From an uncultured Sangeribacter sp. (GTDB taxonomy: Bacteria; Bacteroidota; Bacteroidia; Bacteroidales; Muribaculaceae): a DNA stretch of 64,000 bases. Below, piece by piece: positions 60,371 through 64,000 of the stretch. The position numbers and the translations under genes are program-made. Under the pieces are notes generated by a model that saw only the letters and a list, made by a program, of their open reading frames with translations, was not told the DNA's origin and did not search any database. Positions within the stretch are counted from its first letter, which is position 1, and each line of letters opens with the position of its first letter. Where the stretch lies: contig CAZGGB010000006.1 of assembly GCA_964525115.1 (NCBI GenBank), positions 162 through 64,161 on the forward strand, in the 5' to 3' direction.

Positions 60371-61465
60371 TCATTTCTTATAATTCTTGTCGTAGAAACG
60401 TTTTTTTACCACCTTTCCCGGGAAAGTTTTCTTACGAATACGAACTTCAACTTCAGTGCCAAGCTTATCGTAGGGCTTTTGGATCATTGCCATAGCCACC
60501 GATTTGCCTGTGGAAATTGAGCGATAACCTGTAGTTATTTCACCAACTACTTCCCCATTCACTTCAACAGGATATCCATGACGGGGAATGGCATTTCCTT
60601 CAAGTTCTATGCCGACAATACGACGCTTTACTCCTTCAGCTTTCTGAAGCGCAAGGGCTTCCTTACCAATGAATTCCTCCTTGTCAAGTTTCACAAACAT
60701 CGAGAGACTTGCCTCAATAGGTGAGATATCGGCTGAGAGTTCATCACCATATAAAGGAAGACCTACTTCAAAGCGAAGAGTATCGCGGCATCCGAGACCA
60801 CAAGGTTGCACACCAGCTTCAATAAGTTTGTCCCAAAGACGCACTGTATAGTCGTGAGAACCATAAACCTCAAAACCATCCTCACCCGTATAACCGGTTC
60901 GGCTGATTATCACATCTTCACCGTCAAGATGATATGTCTTGAAATTATAGAATGCTATTTCTTCAAGTGGAAGGCCAAGAATCTTTGAAAGCACTTCTTC
61001 TGCTTTCGGACCTTGAACCGCAAGTTCTCCATAATATGGACTTTCGTTTTCGACATTGATGTCATATCCTTCAGCCTTTTCAAAAATCCAAGCAACATCC
61101 TTCGCAATATTGGCTGCATTTATCACGAGGAAGTACTCATTGTCATTTACCTTGTATACAAGTAGGTCATCGACAGTACCGCCATTTTCATAGCACATCA
61201 TGCCATAGAAAATCTGTCCGTCGGGAGCACCAGCAACATCGTTTACGAAAATATGCTGAACAAATTTTTCAGCTTCAGGGCCTTTTACGCGCACTTCACC
61301 CATGTGGCTTACGTCGAATACACCAACTTCATTACGCACCGCGTTATGTTCGGTAGTGATGTCCTTATACTGAATAGGCATATCAAAACCGCCAAAGGGC
61401 GACATTAGAGCCCCAAGTTTCACATGGCGGTCGTGAAGGCAAGTTTTCACGAGATTTTCTTCCAT
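60371..61465 (-). CDS. gcvT: Glycine cleavage aminomethyltransferase T
   Basis: FDVSHMG, SRTGYTGEDGFE, GLGCRDTLRFE; TAATTTTG (minus) at 61558-61565. Confidence 0.96.
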   Translation of the reverse strand: MEENLVKTCLHDRHVKLGALMSPFGGFDMPIQYKDITTEHNAVRNEVGVFDVSHMGEVRVKGPEAEKFVQHIFVNDVAGAPDGQIFYGMMCYENGGTVDDLLVYKVNDNEYFLVINAANIAKDVAWIFEKAEGYDINVENESPYYGELAVQGPKAEEVLSKILGLPLEEIAFYNFKTYHLDGEDVIISRTGYTGEDGFEVYGSHDYTVRLWDKLIEAGVQPCGLGCRDTLRFEVGLPLYGDELSADISPIEASLSMFVKLDKEEFIGKEALALQKAEGVKRRIVGIELEGNAIPRHGYPVEVNGEVVGEITTGYRSISTGKSVAMAMIQKPYDKLGTEVEVRIRKKTFPGKVVKKRFYDKNYKK

Positions 61466-61752
61466 CGTAATCGTTATATTAGTTAGATTTCTACAAATTA
61501 TAATATATAGATTGCAAATTGCTCAGATCAAAAAATCAAGCAATACACATTAATTTTCAAAATTAACAAAATGAATTAAATCACACAAATTTTTCCCAAT
61601 CTTTTTCTGCAAAATCATTCAATATTCTTTGTTATAAAGATCATAATTCATATCACCATATTTATCTGGAGGCACTATAGCCTTTCATCTTTAGCAACCT
61701 CACAAGAATAAGATATAAAGCATGCACAAGAATATGATGATCTCAAGAGAAA

Positions 61753-61789
61753 AAAAAATATGTCAAAGAACAAGACTTTGACATATTTT
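61753..61789 (-). terminator. Terminator after prmA
   Basis: AAAATATGTCAAAG...CTTTGACATATTTT with a U tail on the minus strand. Confidence 0.75.
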
Positions 61790-61807
61790 ACATGTAACGT
61801 GCAATTT

Positions 61808-62653
61808 TTATTTTTTAATTAGACGGATGGCTGCCCAATGGTCGCCTTCTTCTGATTTACCATCAAGGACAAAGCCGAAAGGCTCTGCGGCTGCCATTAC
61901 AATAGGGATATCAGAAGTATAGAAACCACTGAGAAGAAGCACTCCTCCTATTTTAATCTTATCAGAATATTTAGCTATATCGGAAGTGATAACATTGCGG
62001 TTGATATTAGCCAGAAATATGTCTGCGGGTTCGCAATTATCCAAAGAAGAAGCATCCCCTAAAATAAAATCAATGGCTTGACTATTAAGGGCTGCATTTT
62101 CCAAAGCATTATCGAATGCCCCCGGATCAATTTCAATCCCAATCACACTCCGGGCACCTCTCATTTTACATAAAATTGCAAGTATTCCGGTACCAGTGCC
62201 CATATCTATCACTGATTTTCCTTCTATGTCCTTCAAATCAAGCACATAACGCATCATCTGTGATGTGGTGGCGTGATGACCTGTTCCGAAAGCCATTTTC
62301 GGATCTATAAGGATATCATAACATGCTTTCGGGACATTTTTGTGGAATGAGGAATGCACAACACATTCGCCAGCAATCACAATAGGCTGAAAATAATGTT
62401 TTTCCCACTCTTCATTCCAGTTTTTGCTCTCGACAAATTCTGACTCAAATGAAACAGCACTTGCCATAGGAAAGTCAGCAAGTATTTCCTCTATTAAGTC
62501 TTTGGAATATTCCGATGCTTGCACATATGCCGTCAATCCCGTTTCGTCTGGTTCAAAACTTTCATATCCTATGTCAGCAAGAAATGCTGCCAACAGATCT
62601 GTAATGTCTTCCGAACAAGGAACGCAATTGAAGCGAACTTTATAATAATTCAT
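61808..62653 (-). CDS. prmA: Ribosomal protein L11 methyltransferase
   Basis: NWNEEW, DPKMAFGTGHHATT, DMGTGTGIL, ANI, LSG. Confidence 0.95.
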   Translation of the reverse strand: MNYYKVRFNCVPCSEDITDLLAAFLADIGYESFEPDETGLTAYVQASEYSKDLIEEILADFPMASAVSFESEFVESKNWNEEWEKHYFQPIVIAGECVVHSSFHKNVPKACYDILIDPKMAFGTGHHATTSQMMRYVLDLKDIEGKSVIDMGTGTGILAILCKMRGARSVIGIEIDPGAFDNALENAALNSQAIDFILGDASSLDNCEPADIFLANINRNVITSDIAKYSDKIKIGGVLLLSGFYTSDIPIVMAAAEPFGFVLDGKSEEGDHWAAIRLIKK

Positions 62654-62994
62654 TTTTTCTTCTTCTTTCGAAATAACGAGAACACCTTTTTCATTGCACC
62701 AAAAGCGGATATACCCATCATTATATAGTCTGTATAGTTAAGTCCACGCACAATTTTCAAAGGTATTGATCCTAGGCGAGAGGCTGCTTTGAGAGTTCCG
62801 TCAGGAGCAAAAGGATTCCTGTCTTTAAGAAGGTCAAACTGCTCCATGAGCTTAACTTTGGCAAACTCCTTCCTTACTGCTACCAATGCCCTTTGATGAC
62901 GAACCTCGTCAAGAGAATACCCCTCGAACTCAACAGGATCATCCGTCATTGACAAAACCTTATCTTTGCCTTCTATTCGTTTAATATTTTCCAT
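62650..62994 (-). CDS. Hypothetical protein with C-terminal amphipathic/basic tail (YqjK-like position)
   Basis: Helical, ends AFGAMKKVFSLFRKKKKK; ATGA overlap with prmA. Confidence 0.7.
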   Translation of the reverse strand: MENIKRIEGKDKVLSMTDDPVEFEGYSLDEVRHQRALVAVRKEFAKVKLMEQFDLLKDRNPFAPDGTLKAASRLGSIPLKIVRGLNYTDYIMMGISAFGAMKKVFSLFRKKKKK

Positions 62995-63004
62995 AGAAAG
63001 GACT

Positions 63005-63352
63005 TTATTTTAATAGTATTTTGGTAATAATCCTTGCTATTGGGTTGATAATTATCTTTTCTCTCAAGAGATAGATAATAGCCAACAATACAAGAATACA
63101 CCCGCCTGCCGCCAAGAATGAGAGTGCAAACCCTAAGATTTCCTTAAAAAGGAAAGCAAGCGAAATCCCAAACATTATAAGAGCTGTGATGCCAAATAGA
63201 AGACATACAGCACCAGTGCAAGCTAAACCGGCAAGAAGAGTAAGTTTTTCAGCTGCTGTAAGTTTGGCATACTCCAATTCAAGAGTAGCCCAGTCTTTCG
63301 ACCGGGCTAACAAATCCTTGAATTGATCTAAGAGTGAATTATTACTCATCAA
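63005..63352 (-). CDS. Phage_holin_3_6/YqjE-like two-TM membrane protein
   Basis: LELEYAKLTAAEK followed by two TM helices; no phage context. Confidence 0.75.
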   Translation of the reverse strand: MMSNNSLLDQFKDLLARSKDWATLELEYAKLTAAEKLTLLAGLACTGAVCLLFGITALIMFGISLAFLFKEILGFALSFLAAGGCILVLLAIIYLLREKIIINPIARIITKILLK

Positions 63353-63373
63353 TCGATGAAATTATGGACGATA

Positions 63374-63565
63374 TCAGTTCTCGCCAGTAAGTTCTGCCAC
63401 GAGAGCATCTACCTCTTCGTCGCTAATTTTAATGCCTTTTCTTTTTAGAATACGCACGATACGGCTACGCAATTCCTCTCCCTTTTCAGGAGCAAAAAGA
63501 ATAGCAGCTCCGCAACCTACAATTGCACCTCCGAGAAATGCATAAAGAATATTAAGTGCTTTCAT
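63374..63565 (-). CDS. YtxH-domain protein
   Basis: FLGGAIVG..AAILFAPEKGEELR. Confidence 0.85.
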   Translation of the reverse strand: MKALNILYAFLGGAIVGCGAAILFAPEKGEELRSRIVRILKRKGIKISDEEVDALVAELTGEN

Positions 63566-63588
63566 ACCTATTCTTATTCTTTTTTATT

Positions 63589-63792
63589 TTATAAACTCTT
63601 TTCAATCTGATCTTCAATCTCATCAGCGAGTTCTTCCAATTCACTACCCTTAAGATTGATTCCCTTTTCCTTAAGGATCTTAATGATTTTCTTACGAGTA
63701 GTCTCTCCCTTTTCAGGAGCTACAAGAAGGCCTACAGCCGCTCCTGCGATAGCACCGCCTACTACGGCGCAAATAATGTGCAATGGTTTCAT
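63589..63792 (-). CDS. YtxH-domain protein
   Basis: GGAIAGAAVGLLVAPEKGETTR. Confidence 0.85.
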   Translation of the reverse strand: MKPLHIICAVVGGAIAGAAVGLLVAPEKGETTRKKIIKILKEKGINLKGSELEELADEIEDQIEKSL

Positions 63793-63888
63793 ATCAATAT
63801 TTATTTTATAATTAATAATCTTTATTATTACAACAACTCAATTGGCGTTTGGATTAATTCAAACTAAAAAAATTTATTTCAGTCAAAC

Positions 63889-64000
63889 TTATTTATTAGC
63901 AAGATTTCCTGAGGAAGCCATTGCTTTATATGCAAGCATCCCTTCATGAGATAACTCAATTGTTTGCCAACTTCCATCAGCTAATGGAACAGAGACATGC
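63889..64000 (-). CDS. 3' end of a CDS entering from beyond the window
   Basis: Open frame ...HVSVPLADGSWQTIELSHEGMLAYKAMASSGNLANK*; function not assignable. Confidence 0.5.
   Translation of the reverse strand, partial: HVSVPLADGSWQTIELSHEGMLAYKAMASSGNLANK

Noticed and set aside
61466-61560. Glycine riboswitch upstream of gcvT
   Set aside because: Leader is short and AT-rich with only a small hairpin; conserved aptamer motifs absent
63005-63352. Prophage holin
   Set aside because: No endolysin or phage genes; this family is commonly chromosomal
1-64000. Clustering of translation quality-control genes (ssrA, smpB, hslR, lon, rimO, rlmD, tsaD, prmA) as one system
   Set aside because: Scattered over separate operons across 60 kb; compatible with ordinary core-gene density

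Overview
AT-rich Bacteroidales (Muribaculaceae-like) chromosomal window, mostly core genome, with TAnnTTTG '-7' promoters throughout and no transposase, integrase, prophage or CRISPR. Left to right: 5' part of tmRNA (ssrA), glnS, ECF sigma, DEAD-box helicase-lon, a second (SigH-like) ECF sigma followed by a Cys-less thioredoxin-fold protein and a 50-aa ORF, hutU-hutI-hutH-rlmD, ftsY-rimO-isochorismate synthase-like-M13 peptidase, prs, GH13, patatin, TamB, tsaD-cinA'-YIP1-smpB-U32, ndh-META-hslR-uvrA, TPR, AI-2E, a four-gene regulator-less PUL (lipoprotein, SusC, SusD, GH30), a small glycosyltransferase/Stealth island, gcvT-H-PA-PB-lpdA, and ytxH-ytxH-holin-like-hyp-prmA. The most interesting signals are non-coding: (1) a tRNA-Gln(UUG) anticodon stem-loop mimic in the glnS 5' leader (candidate thrS-type autoregulation); (2) a recurring ECF-type promoter AAAC-N17-YGTTRT defining a candidate stress regulon; (3) long inverted repeats upstream of the GH13 gene and of the PUL; (4) a YqjDEK-like membrane operon coupled to prmA. 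All annotations are by eye; no database searches were run.
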